In this document: piece by piece, positions 30,000 through 38,331 of the stretch
Layout of the letters: each line of letters begins with the position of its first letter
Numbering within the stretch: position 1 is the stretch's first letter
Source: an uncultured bacterium
GTDB taxonomy: Bacteria > Desulfobacterota_D > UBA1144 > Nemesobacterales > UBA2774
Direction: 5' to 3'
Length of the DNA stretch: 64,000 nucleotides
NCBI GenBank assembly: GCA_963705505.1
Contig: CAVPJU010000010.1
Location: 384,001 to 448,000 of the forward strand
Position numbers and translations under genes: made by a program
The notes under the pieces: model-generated
Told to the model about the DNA's origin: nothing
Databases searched by the model: none
The model's input: the letters and a program-made list of their open reading frames with translations, nothing else

Positions 30000-30180
30000 T
30001 CGTGAAGAAAACGTGAGATGTTTTATGGTGAGCATCAAGCATTACCAGCAAACGAATATGATACTCGTGCCGGATGATAGAGCCGTTCGGAGCCGGGCAA
30101 GCAATTTAAAATCCTATGATTATCAATAGGGTCCTTCTCCATTGGTCTTCATGGCTTACACCCCTTTCTAACAATGATTT

Positions 30181-31068
30181 ATGATGAGCAACGATAAACC
30201 GGTGTTTTCAATTATCATACCCACCTACGGAAGACCCAGGCAGTTAAGAGAGTGCCTTGACTCGATTACCGGTCTCGAGTATCCCAAAGATAATTTTGAA
30301 GTGATCGTGATAGATGACGGCAGCAAAACCTCGCTCGGAGACATCGTCGGGGCATTTCAGAAAAAGATCAACGTGAAACTTTTCAGGCAGGATAATGCGG
30401 GGCCGGCGACCGCGAGAAACAGAGGCGCAGAGGAATCGAGCGGCAAATACCTCGCATTTACCGACGATGACTGCAAACCCTCGCCCGACTGGCTCCGGAG
30501 ACTGGAAGAGCTGCTAAACAAGAATCCGGGACTTCTAGTCGCAGGACGGACAGTCAATGATTTACCGGACAACTCCTATTCGACGGCGAGCCAGCTGATT
30601 GCCGATTTCCTTTGTTCCTACTATAACAAAAGGGAGGCCAGGTTTTTAACTTCGAACAACATGGCGCTCTCCAAAGAGCAATTTCTTAAAGTCGGGGGAT
30701 TCGATATAACGTTTCCGCTTGCCGCTGCCGAGGACAGGGAGTTCTGCGACAGGTACCTCTATTGCGGATATAAAACGGTTTATTCCCCGGAAGCTATAGT
30801 GCGCCACGCCCACCCGCTTACTTTAGGTAAATTCTTCAGACAGCATTTTAATTACGGCCAGGGCGCACATAAGTTCCACAATATTCGGGCGAGCCGCAGC
30901 CTGAACGTAATGAAGATTGAACCCATTAATTTTTACACCGGGTTGATACTTTATCCCCGGAAGACTTCATGCCGTTATAAGACCTTGCTCTCTTTGTTAA
31001 TAGCACTATCCCAAGCTGCAAACGCTTCGGGATATTTACTGGCAAAAATAAGCCCGTATATTAAATAA
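30181..31068 (+). CDS. glycosyltransferase family 2
   Basis: SIIIPTY, VIDDGS, NAGPATARN, FTDDDC, AEDREF. Confidence 0.95.
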   Translation: MMSNDKPVFSIIIPTYGRPRQLRECLDSITGLEYPKDNFEVIVIDDGSKTSLGDIVGAFQKKINVKLFRQDNAGPATARNRGAEESSGKYLAFTDDDCKPSPDWLRRLEELLNKNPGLLVAGRTVNDLPDNSYSTASQLIADFLCSYYNKREARFLTSNNMALSKEQFLKVGGFDITFPLAAAEDREFCDRYLYCGYKTVYSPEAIVRHAHPLTLGKFFRQHFNYGQGAHKFHNIRASRSLNVMKIEPINFYTGLILYPRKTSCRYKTLLSLLIALSQAANASGYLLAKISPYIK

Positions 31069-31159
31069 ACCGAACGACAGCCCGATTGCACTCATGCTAA
31101 ATCAGTTACATCTCCATAATATTAAATATTCGAGAATCGACCCGAATCCGCTCCTAGTC

Positions 31160-31203
31160 AAGAAAGCCGCCCTTTCCCCCGGGTTAATGGGGAAAAGAGC
31201 GGC
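31160..31203 (-). terminator. probable intrinsic terminator downstream of the CsbD-family gene
   Basis: GCCGC..TTTCCCC / GGGGAAA..GCGGC stem followed by TTTCTT on the minus strand. Confidence 0.5.
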
Positions 31204-31248
31204 CAGAGGTATGGGGTAAATAGGTCAGAAAACACAACTCAAACCAGC

Positions 31249-31446
31249 TCAATGGTTTTTAGACCAGTTATCGGCAGCCTTTTGAGCCTGCTCTTTCGTG
31301 TACCCGTATCTCTCCTGTAACTTTCCTACGAGCTGATCGCGTTTGCCGTTTATGACATCGAGATCATCGTCCGTCAGCTTTCCCCATTTTTCCTTCGCCT
31401 TTCCCTTAAGCTGCATCCAGTTACCTTGTACTTGGTCCCAGTTCAT
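31249..31446 (-). CDS. CsbD/YjbJ family stress protein
   Basis: MNWDQVQGNWMQLKGKAKEKWGKLTDDDL...LVGKLQERYG. Confidence 0.95.
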   Translation of the reverse strand: MNWDQVQGNWMQLKGKAKEKWGKLTDDDLDVINGKRDQLVGKLQERYGYTKEQAQKAADNWSKNH

Positions 31447-31484
31447 TTATATCACCTCCCATTTTCTTCGATGTCGATTGTTAT

Positions 31485-31727
31485 TTATTGCATTACCCCG
31501 CGTCGTCCGAGAATCAGAGAGATTACAAAAAGCACGAAGAAAACCAGTAATAGAATTTTTGCTGTCCAAGCCGCAGCAGCTCCAATTCCAGTGAATCCCA
31601 GCACTACGAGAATCAGCGTAATCATCAGAAAAGTGAATGCCAACAACGCGATTATCAGGAAAGTAACCGATAACCCGAATACTACTGCGACATCCCTGAT
31701 GGTAATTGCTTTCTTCATGTCAATCAT
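31485..31727 (-). CDS. DUF1328 family small membrane protein (extended N-terminus, start uncertain)
   Basis: LGFTGIGAAAAWTAKILLLVFFVLFVISLILGRR. Confidence 0.75.
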   Translation of the reverse strand: MIDMKKAITIRDVAVVFGLSVTFLIIALLAFTFLMITLILVVLGFTGIGAAAAWTAKILLLVFFVLFVISLILGRRGVMQ

Positions 31728-32424
31728 AAGGGCAACATGCGTGCCAACTTTCGGGAGATGAAGATAATTTTTAAAATTCAGAGTGAGTTATAATCCATTT
31801 TAATATCTATGATGTGACAGGAATTAACCCGGATTGTTCCATTCCAGACAGTGTTTATTGGAGATTCTCAAACAACGTCGACAAAATTGACTTTAGTTCG
31901 ATAGTCGTTCGAGGGAATAATTCAGATACCGAATTATGGTATATAAAATGAGTAACGGGTTACCTCTCACGGTGCATGCAAGAGCGGTGGATTTTCGAAT
32001 ATCACAACCCGCTCATGCAGTGATTATTCAGGCTTCGCTACTCATAATTTCCCCCAGATCTCTCCCGATAAATAATCAATGGATTCTTGACGCTAAGTTA
32101 TACTCGTGTATCTTAATTATGCCGACTTTGACATTCATTATCATATCGAGTCTTTTGAAACAATGTATCCAGCTCATCGAAATATCAGGCCCGAAGATTC
32201 CGGTTCAGTCATCATAGATAATGCTGCGCGGCGGAAGATTTCAACTCCAACATTTTACGAGCATCTCACGGATCGAAAACCGATTCGTAGGAATTAATTT
32301 TTTCACGCATACTTTTATCAGCGATTGAGGAAAGGATTGTTTAGGATATGATTATGATAGAACCGTTATACTTTCAAACTAAAGCTGCTAACTTAAAGTG
32401 ACCGGACTTACGAGGTGACCGAAT

Positions 32425-33078
32425 ATGGAGAGTTTAAATTTACTGGAGCTGGTTAAACAGGGCTGGATCGCCACCTACCCTCTTATTCTATGCTCCGTTG
32501 TTATGGTAGCTATCCTGGGGGAAAGAATATTCGCTTTCAGCGGAATAGCTTCTTCCACACGAAAGCTCACGAGCCTAATAGTCCCCCCACTGACGAGAGG
32601 CGACTTCAATACCGCGCTCTCGGTATGCAATAAACACAGGAAAAGTTTACAGGCAAGACTTTATCATTCCATCCTCGCGGAAGAGACCAGAATAAATCCC
32701 ATCGATGTGACAGAGCGTTTGGAAGACAACAGGTACGAGGAGGTCCAGGACCTAAAGCAAAATATCTGGGTACTCGGAACTATAGCCAGCAGCGCCCCGT
32801 TTATCGGCCTTTTCGGGACTGTCATGGGTATCATCAAATCCTTCCATAGTATGTCCATAGCCGGAACGGGCGGATTCTCCGTTGTAGCGGGCGGGATTTC
32901 GGAAGCGCTCGTCGCAACCGCCGCGGGACTCATCGTGGCTATCATCGCTGTCGTTGCGTACAATTATCTGCAAATTAAAATCGCGGGTATTAACGCAGAG
33001 CTGAAAATCAACCATTCCAAATTCATCCAGGCTTATAAACAGGGGAGTATGAACTACCATGGCGATCGGGAAATTTGA
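32425..33078 (+). CDS. exbB: MotA/TolQ/ExbB proton channel protein
   Basis: LGTIASSAPFIGLFGTVMGII...GISEALVATAAGL. Confidence 0.9.
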   Translation: MESLNLLELVKQGWIATYPLILCSVVMVAILGERIFAFSGIASSTRKLTSLIVPPLTRGDFNTALSVCNKHRKSLQARLYHSILAEETRINPIDVTERLEDNRYEEVQDLKQNIWVLGTIASSAPFIGLFGTVMGIIKSFHSMSIAGTGGFSVVAGGISEALVATAAGLIVAIIAVVAYNYLQIKIAGINAELKINHSKFIQAYKQGSMNYHGDREI

Positions 33079-33478
33079 GGAAAAGACGGACGAGGATATC
33101 GTAGCGGAAATTAATATTACGCCGCTCACGGACATATTCCTCGTACTGCTGATTATTTTCATGATCACGAGCTCGGCGCTTATCGAATCCGGCGCGAACA
33201 TAAAACTCCCCGAAGTCTCGAAAACCGAGACGGTATCGAGAAACGTCGTGGTAACCCTCACCACGTCCGGGCAAATATTCATCAACCAGAAAGAGATCAA
33301 CAAGAATGCGTTCGAAGAGGAATTAAAAAAAGCCCTATCCGAAAGCAACACCAAAGTCGTCATACTCGAAGGAGACAAGGACGCGCTTCTCGGCGACGCG
33401 GTCAAACTGATTAGCCAGGCAAAGGATGCCGGAGCCAAAGAGATAGCTATCGCCGCAGAAAAATCGCAGACACCCTGA
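33059..33478 (+). CDS. exbD: ExbD/TolR biopolymer transporter
   Basis: EINITPLTDIFLVLLIIFMI. Confidence 0.92.
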   Translation: MAIGKFEEKTDEDIVAEINITPLTDIFLVLLIIFMITSSALIESGANIKLPEVSKTETVSRNVVVTLTTSGQIFINQKEINKNAFEEELKKALSESNTKVVILEGDKDALLGDAVKLISQAKDAGAKEIAIAAEKSQTP

Positions 33479-33494
33479 ACCCGGAGAAAATCGC

Positions 33495-34238
33495 ATGCTC
33501 TCCTCGCGGCTAAAAGCATTCATAATACTGTCACTGATACTACACGCCGCGGGCTTCGGTCTGGTCGCTTTCCTCACACCCGGAGAAGTGGACGAAAAAG
33601 CTCAGCCGCTCACGGTCGGCGTCACCACACAGTATGCCGATCCCGGGAAAGGAAAAGGGAACTCGCTCGCCCCCGCACCAATGAATCAACCCGAGCCTGA
33701 AAAAAAAGAAGTGAAGCCCCCCGAGAAGAAGGCTTTTAAGAGAGTCGTCAGGAAAACGCCGGCTAAGGAACCCGAAAAGAAAGAGATAATAAGCCGGGAT
33801 AATAACCCTGTTAACGAGCAAACGGCAGTGACGAGCGCGATCTCGTCCTCCGCAAACACCGGAGAGACGGACAACGTTTCGCCCGGGGGCACTCAGAAAG
33901 GGAGCGGAATCGGAGACAGGGGTACGGGGCTCGATACAAAGGGTTCCGGCAACGGCACTGAAATCGGCTATCCGAATTATGGACTTAACCCCAAACCTAC
34001 TTATCCCACGATAGCGAAGCGGCACGGGTATGAGGGACTCGTCGTCCTTAACGTTTTCGTCCTTGAGAGCGGAAACGTGGGAAAGATAGAAATACGGAAA
34101 TCTTCCGGATATGACGTGCTCGACAATTCCGCGCTCGATGCAGTAAGGAACTGGGTATTCATTCCGGGAAAGAGGAACGGTCAGGCGATGTCGAGCTGGG
34201 TAGTAGTACCGATAAGGTTCGACCTCACTAACGGTTAA
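33495..34238 (+). CDS. tonB: energy transducer TonB
   Basis: N-terminal TM with SxxxH, Pro/Lys/Glu-rich linker, YPTIAKRHGYEG...SSGYDVLDNSA C-domain. Confidence 0.92.
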   Translation: MLSSRLKAFIILSLILHAAGFGLVAFLTPGEVDEKAQPLTVGVTTQYADPGKGKGNSLAPAPMNQPEPEKKEVKPPEKKAFKRVVRKTPAKEPEKKEIISRDNNPVNEQTAVTSAISSSANTGETDNVSPGGTQKGSGIGDRGTGLDTKGSGNGTEIGYPNYGLNPKPTYPTIAKRHGYEGLVVLNVFVLESGNVGKIEIRKSSGYDVLDNSALDAVRNWVFIPGKRNGQAMSSWVVVPIRFDLTNG

Positions 34239-34402
34239 GTTCGATATTAGTCCCGAAGGCGGGATTAACATGACGAATTAACAGCCGCCGATAAATCTTT
34301 ACTACACCTTACCGAACCAAGCATGCCGCACTCATAATAATTGAGCCGGGATAGTATGACAAATAAATTCCGCTTGATATCGCGAAAACATAACTTACAC
34401 TA

Positions 34403-34828
34403 TTGTTACTAGAGCGTCTGAGCCAATCGATGAAAAGATTTTGCGCTTTAGAAAATCCGCGGGAATTCAGTATTAAACAACCAATAATACTTTTGTTATA
34501 TATCAGCCTTATCGGCGTTATTTCACATTACGCCTTACCCCCCGCGTCCATGGGGGAAATACGGCATCCGAGACCTATACACCTTCATGACAACATCAAT
34601 TACCCGAATTATATGGTAGAGGGAGACAATTTTATCCTCGACGACGAAACCACCAATGACTCCGATACTAAAAAAACGTTTATTCTGTTTCTTACCTTAG
34701 TTGCCAGTCTCATGACATCTTCCGAGCCCGGGTCGAAACGCGGCGCATTAAAAAGCTCGGTAAATTCGTTACATTACGATTCGACATTCGGGTATTCCCA
34801 CTTAAGATCACCTCCGTTGATCAAATAA
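34403..34828 (+). CDS. putative leader/arrest peptide with hydrophobic segment and C-terminal LRSPP (start 34403 TTG or 34430 ATG)
   Basis: IILLLYISLIGVI segment, acidic LDDETTNDSD, ends SHLRSPPLIK. Confidence 0.6.
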   Translation: MLLERLSQSMKRFCALENPREFSIKQPIILLLYISLIGVISHYALPPASMGEIRHPRPIHLHDNINYPNYMVEGDNFILDDETTNDSDTKKTFILFLTLVASLMTSSEPGSKRGALKSSVNSLHYDSTFGYSHLRSPPLIK

Positions 34829-34923
34829 AATTAATCTGGATTCAAACTTCAAACGAGATTGTCTGCGGAGGCTTTATGAGCCTATTTAAGGGTTTTATAC
34901 AAAAAACGGAGGTTTTAACAATC

Positions 34924-35253
34924 ATGAATAGAATAATCACATGTATGTTAGTAGCAGCGATGCTTTCAGTAGGAGCGCTTAATTCATTTGCCGTACAGCA
35001 CCAGCAGGGGCAGCAAGTCGCGGCCGCTGCGGCGACTACGATCACGGGTCAAATTACCAAAATAAGGAGCCATAACTTGACCGTCAAGGACCAGGCGGGG
35101 AAATTCCATGTAATAAATTACAGCAGTTCCTCGATGGTTCAGGGACTTAAGAGCGGCGACGAAGTGACCGTGGCATTCGAGAACGGAAAAGCGACTTCAA
35201 TTAAAAAGGTTGAAGGATACACTCCGGCTGCAAGCAGCAACAAACCCATGTAA
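34924..35253 (+). CDS. exported small beta-barrel (OB-like) protein (start 34924 or 34876)
   Basis: signal peptide ending SFA; TITGQITKI...LTVKD...GLKSGDEVTV; GGAGG before both possible ATGs. Confidence 0.8.
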   Translation: MNRIITCMLVAAMLSVGALNSFAVQHQQGQQVAAAAATTITGQITKIRSHNLTVKDQAGKFHVINYSSSSMVQGLKSGDEVTVAFENGKATSIKKVEGYTPAASSNKPM

Positions 35254-35264
35254 GTAAACTTTCC

Positions 35265-35296
35265 GGGAGGGGCGGGATTTAAACACCGCCCCTCCC
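35265..35296 (+). terminator. GC-rich hairpin, probable terminator
   Basis: GGGAGGGGCGG / CCGCCCCTCCC 11-bp stem just after the stop; weak U-tract. Confidence 0.55.
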
Positions 35297-35405
35297 CCCT
35301 CGATTTTCGCATATAAATCCGTAATCACTCGATACATCCAAATGTAATACACTTAAAAACGGTATAATTTCCCGGAGAGACTAAACCAAATAAAGGAGGC
35401 CCGCA

Positions 35406-35736
35406 ATGGCATTCGACGAAAAACTCGCAGGTCGTATAAGGGGGATATTTACGGGAAGGAAAGACGCGAGGGAAAAGAAGATGTTCGGGGGTATCGCTTT
35501 CATGCTGAACGGCAACATGTGCTGCGGTGTCATCAACGACCTGCTGATGGCGAGGGTGGGAGCCGACCGGTACGAAGCCGCCCTGTCTCTAGCCACATAC
35601 GAAACCCATGGACTTCACGGGCAAGCCGATGAAAGGGTATGTCTATGTCGAGCCCGAAGGCTATAAATCAGACGAAGAATTAAAAAGATGGGTCGAAAGA
35701 TGTATGGAGTTTGTCTCGACGCTGCCGGAGAAGTAA
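35406..35736 (+). pseudogene. TfoX/Sxy N-terminal domain protein with one +1 frameshift near 35591; possibly a sequencing error
   Basis: EKKMFGGIAFMLNGNMCCGV, then PHTKPMDFTGKPMKGYVYV...WVERCMEFVSTLPEK* in the next frame. Confidence 0.85.
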
Positions 35737-35804
35737 CTGACAAATACCCTATCGATCATACCTATCTATAAAATGATTTTTGAACGGACTCTTGAATTTT
35801 TTCA

Positions 35805-36205
35805 TCACCATACCCTGTATGGCTTACATATACAGACAACATTTAGATCCGGGGTATTTTCGGGCCAGTCCTCTCCCGAGAGCTCGGTGACATCGAGCAC
35901 CTCGTCTCCGTTTCCATACGCTGCGATCCAGATTATTCTATACACACCGTCAACAACGATGTGACGGTCGCAACCCGAGCAACGGAAAACAATAATCTCG
36001 GCTTTCGTTATCCTTCCAAGCGATACTTCATACCAATCAGAGTCAGAGAGAACTGAATCCACGAATCCTGGATACTTTACAAACTCGCAAACGGCAATCG
36101 GGGCTGCCTTGGGTCATAATAGTCGAGGATTCTGCTGCGCATTTTATCTTTTACCCTTTCTAAAAACTCCGGTTCGGTTATTTCTATCTTTTTTATCGGA
36201 TTCAT
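35805..36205 (-). pseudogene. hypothetical protein, apparently split by one indel near 36110
   Basis: MNPIKKIEITEPEFLERVK...YYD joins PKAAPIAVCEFVKYPGFVDSV...CSGC..VVDGVYR if one base is added in a C-run. Confidence 0.5.
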
Positions 36206-36246
36206 AGAATTATCGAACCGCAATCGATACAATAAAACCCGTATGA

Positions 36247-36741
36247 TTAAAGGGCTTTCTTAATCAACACCACAACCGGAATTTTTCTTCCCCCTGCCCT
36301 TTTGCGGTATTTTTCATAACCCGAATAAAGCCCGACGGCTTTATTCCAGAGCCTTTCGCGCTCCTGCCCTTCCGCATCCCCCGCAATATACCGTGCGGAT
36401 TTCCCGTCTACGAAGACCTCGACCTCCGGATCGGCGCGGAGGTTCAGATACCACGACGGATGGCTGGGGTTTCCGCCCTTGGACGCTATGAGGACGAGGT
36501 TTTCCCCGTCCCGCACAAAAACGAGAGGGATCGTCCTCGGCTTCCCCGTCTTCGCCCCCTTTGTCGTCAGGAGGAGGCATGGCCATGCAAACGTCGTGTT
36601 GTACTTCCCGCCAGTCGCCCGGATAAGCCGGTTATCGACATGCGAGCCCAGGTTGATAATCGCCCAGGCCCCCGCCCTCGTGGAGCCGAACCATGCCAGG
36701 AATCTCTTGAACGAGCTGTTTTTATCAGACGAGTTTGTCAT
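36247..36741 (-). CDS. deazaflavin (F420)-dependent nitroreductase family protein (Ddn-like)
   Basis: LLLTTKGAKTGKPRTIPL, ASKGGNPSHPSWYLNLRADP, YEKYRKRAGGRKIPVV. Confidence 0.92.
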   Translation of the reverse strand: MTNSSDKNSSFKRFLAWFGSTRAGAWAIINLGSHVDNRLIRATGGKYNTTFAWPCLLLTTKGAKTGKPRTIPLVFVRDGENLVLIASKGGNPSHPSWYLNLRADPEVEVFVDGKSARYIAGDAEGQERERLWNKAVGLYSGYEKYRKRAGGRKIPVVVLIKKAL

Positions 36742-36866
36742 TTGTGCCGGGTATTTAATTTATACTACACTGAACATTTAATAAACAGGAAGACCCGGAC
36801 ACTTAAGCCGAATTTACGGGCGTGAACCGTCTTTAATCCGGGTAGGTTATATTTTTTATTCAAGTT

Positions 36867-37364
36867 ATGAGAATCGGGATCCCGGCTCTTGTTCTCCTTC
36901 TTTTTACAGTCACAGCATGCGCCAATATGGGGCGCTTCAGTCAGGTAATGCACCCGGAAGAGCTGAGTAAGGACGATTTAAAGAAAATGCCTTATGAAAC
37001 AACCCCGAAATACGGGTTCAAGGTAAGCGTGGGAAGAAATCTCCCGGGGCAGGAGGATTTAATACTCCGGAATGTGGACGAACAGTTCTCCGAGTTCAGC
37101 GCGTGTTTCGATATCAGGGACCGCGGAAAGGAAGCGAGGGAATACCTGATAGCCGTCGTAAACGGGACATTCGAATGTGAATACCACAACGGCAGATGCA
37201 ATGGGGAATACGATCCGGAATACCCTCTATTAATAGTAACCTATAAGGCGTTTAACAGGAGAGGTATAATGCCGCTCCTTAAACACGAATGGGCGCATAT
37301 ATACGGTATCTTAAGGAACGACCACCGGAACCTGAAGGAAGTGCAGGAATGCACGAAATACTGA
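36867..37364 (+). CDS. lipoprotein with HExxH zinc-metalloprotease motif
   Basis: lipobox VTAC; LKHEWAHIYG. Confidence 0.65.
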   Translation: MRIGIPALVLLLFTVTACANMGRFSQVMHPEELSKDDLKKMPYETTPKYGFKVSVGRNLPGQEDLILRNVDEQFSEFSACFDIRDRGKEAREYLIAVVNGTFECEYHNGRCNGEYDPEYPLLIVTYKAFNRRGIMPLLKHEWAHIYGILRNDHRNLKEVQECTKY

Positions 37365-37411
37365 TTTATATCCCTGCCGGTATGTACCGAATTACAGGTT
37401 AAACAAGATTA

Positions 37412-38047
37412 CTAGTGCGACTCATCGTAACCGGTCGGCTTGCTGTAATCCCCCTTCTCGAACATCTGCGTCGCGGGATCGGTCCTTTCGATGCCCCGTG
37501 CCTTATCGAGCTCGTCATCGACCTTCGCCTGGTTTACGGGCTCATAGGTATATTGGACCTTAACGACGTTATCCTTCTGGTTCGTATGGAAAACCAGCTT
37601 CACATCGGGCATATGCCATGTCCAGCTCTTAAAATAGAGCATGCTGTCCGAGCTGGCCGGTTCGCCGTATTTCCCCGTAAGGTATTTCATTATCTCATTC
37701 TGAAGCTGGGACTCTTCGACAGGGTCTTTGGCGGTCAGGATTAGCGAAGACGAAAGCAGCTTCTTATCATAGAATTCGAGGCCGGTGCTCACGTCCCTGC
37801 CGTCGAGATCGAGGGGGAGCGCAACAATCAGCCCCTGCATCAATATGAATCTTATCTTTTTGGAATCGACATTATTCTCTATTATCCTCTTGCCGTTCGT
37901 GTCGATGATATTCCTGGCGTCTTTGTCCGATATACCGAACGTGAAACCGAGAGGCGCCATGTCCGTGTTCTGTTGGGCGCCCGCATAGACCGGTGTGACA
38001 AAGGCCATGAGCGCCATCAAGACGTATGCTTTCCTTAATATTTTCAT
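37412..38047 (-). CDS. hypothetical exported protein
   Basis: signal peptide MKILRKAYVLMALMAFVTPVYA; PLGFTFG...KYGEP pattern. Confidence 0.75.
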   Translation of the reverse strand: MKILRKAYVLMALMAFVTPVYAGAQQNTDMAPLGFTFGISDKDARNIIDTNGKRIIENNVDSKKIRFILMQGLIVALPLDLDGRDVSTGLEFYDKKLLSSSLILTAKDPVEESQLQNEIMKYLTGKYGEPASSDSMLYFKSWTWHMPDVKLVFHTNQKDNVVKVQYTYEPVNQAKVDDELDKARGIERTDPATQMFEKGDYSKPTGYDESH

Positions 38048-38292
38048 TACTCGCCCCCCTTTTTGCATTTACCGGCAACCGTAAGTTTCATTATAAAAGT
38101 TATAAGATGACGGGGTTGAAATCAAGTCCTAATTATACCCTGCCCGGATGCTCCGCCCAAACGGAGACCCCGTGCGGGAGACATATTTACCGGCAGCTGC
38201 CCCTTCCCGTCAACACCGATAACGAAGGAGTGCATACAATTTAGCGCGTCGACGGCCGTTTATAAGCCCGGACCGCGGGGACGCTGCATGGT

Positions 38293-38321
38293 TTGAGTCT
38301 CCCAGAGAAAAGACATATAAT
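38293..38321 (+). promoter_or_regulatory. sigma70-like promoter
   Basis: TTGAGT-17 nt-TATAAT, 10 nt before ATG 38332. Confidence 0.5.
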
Positions 38322-38331
38322 CTTGCCGGAT

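Noticed and set aside
31936..32297. ORFs upstream of exbB
   Set aside because: No RBS or family resemblance; probably non-coding promoter region.
32752..34271. Long antisense ORFs (32752-33519, 33540-34271; likewise 285-917, 40379-41014, 28670-29209)
   Set aside because: Shadows of well-supported genes on the opposite strand, with no motifs of their own.
34806..34815. 16S rRNA fragment (GATCACCTCC)
   Set aside because: Only 10 nt, inside an ORF, with no flanking rRNA sequence; interpreted as an anti-SD element.
38163..38303. 6S RNA
   Set aside because: Shorter than typical, lacks a clear symmetric central bubble and the usual zapA/ygfA context; left as an unidentified structure.
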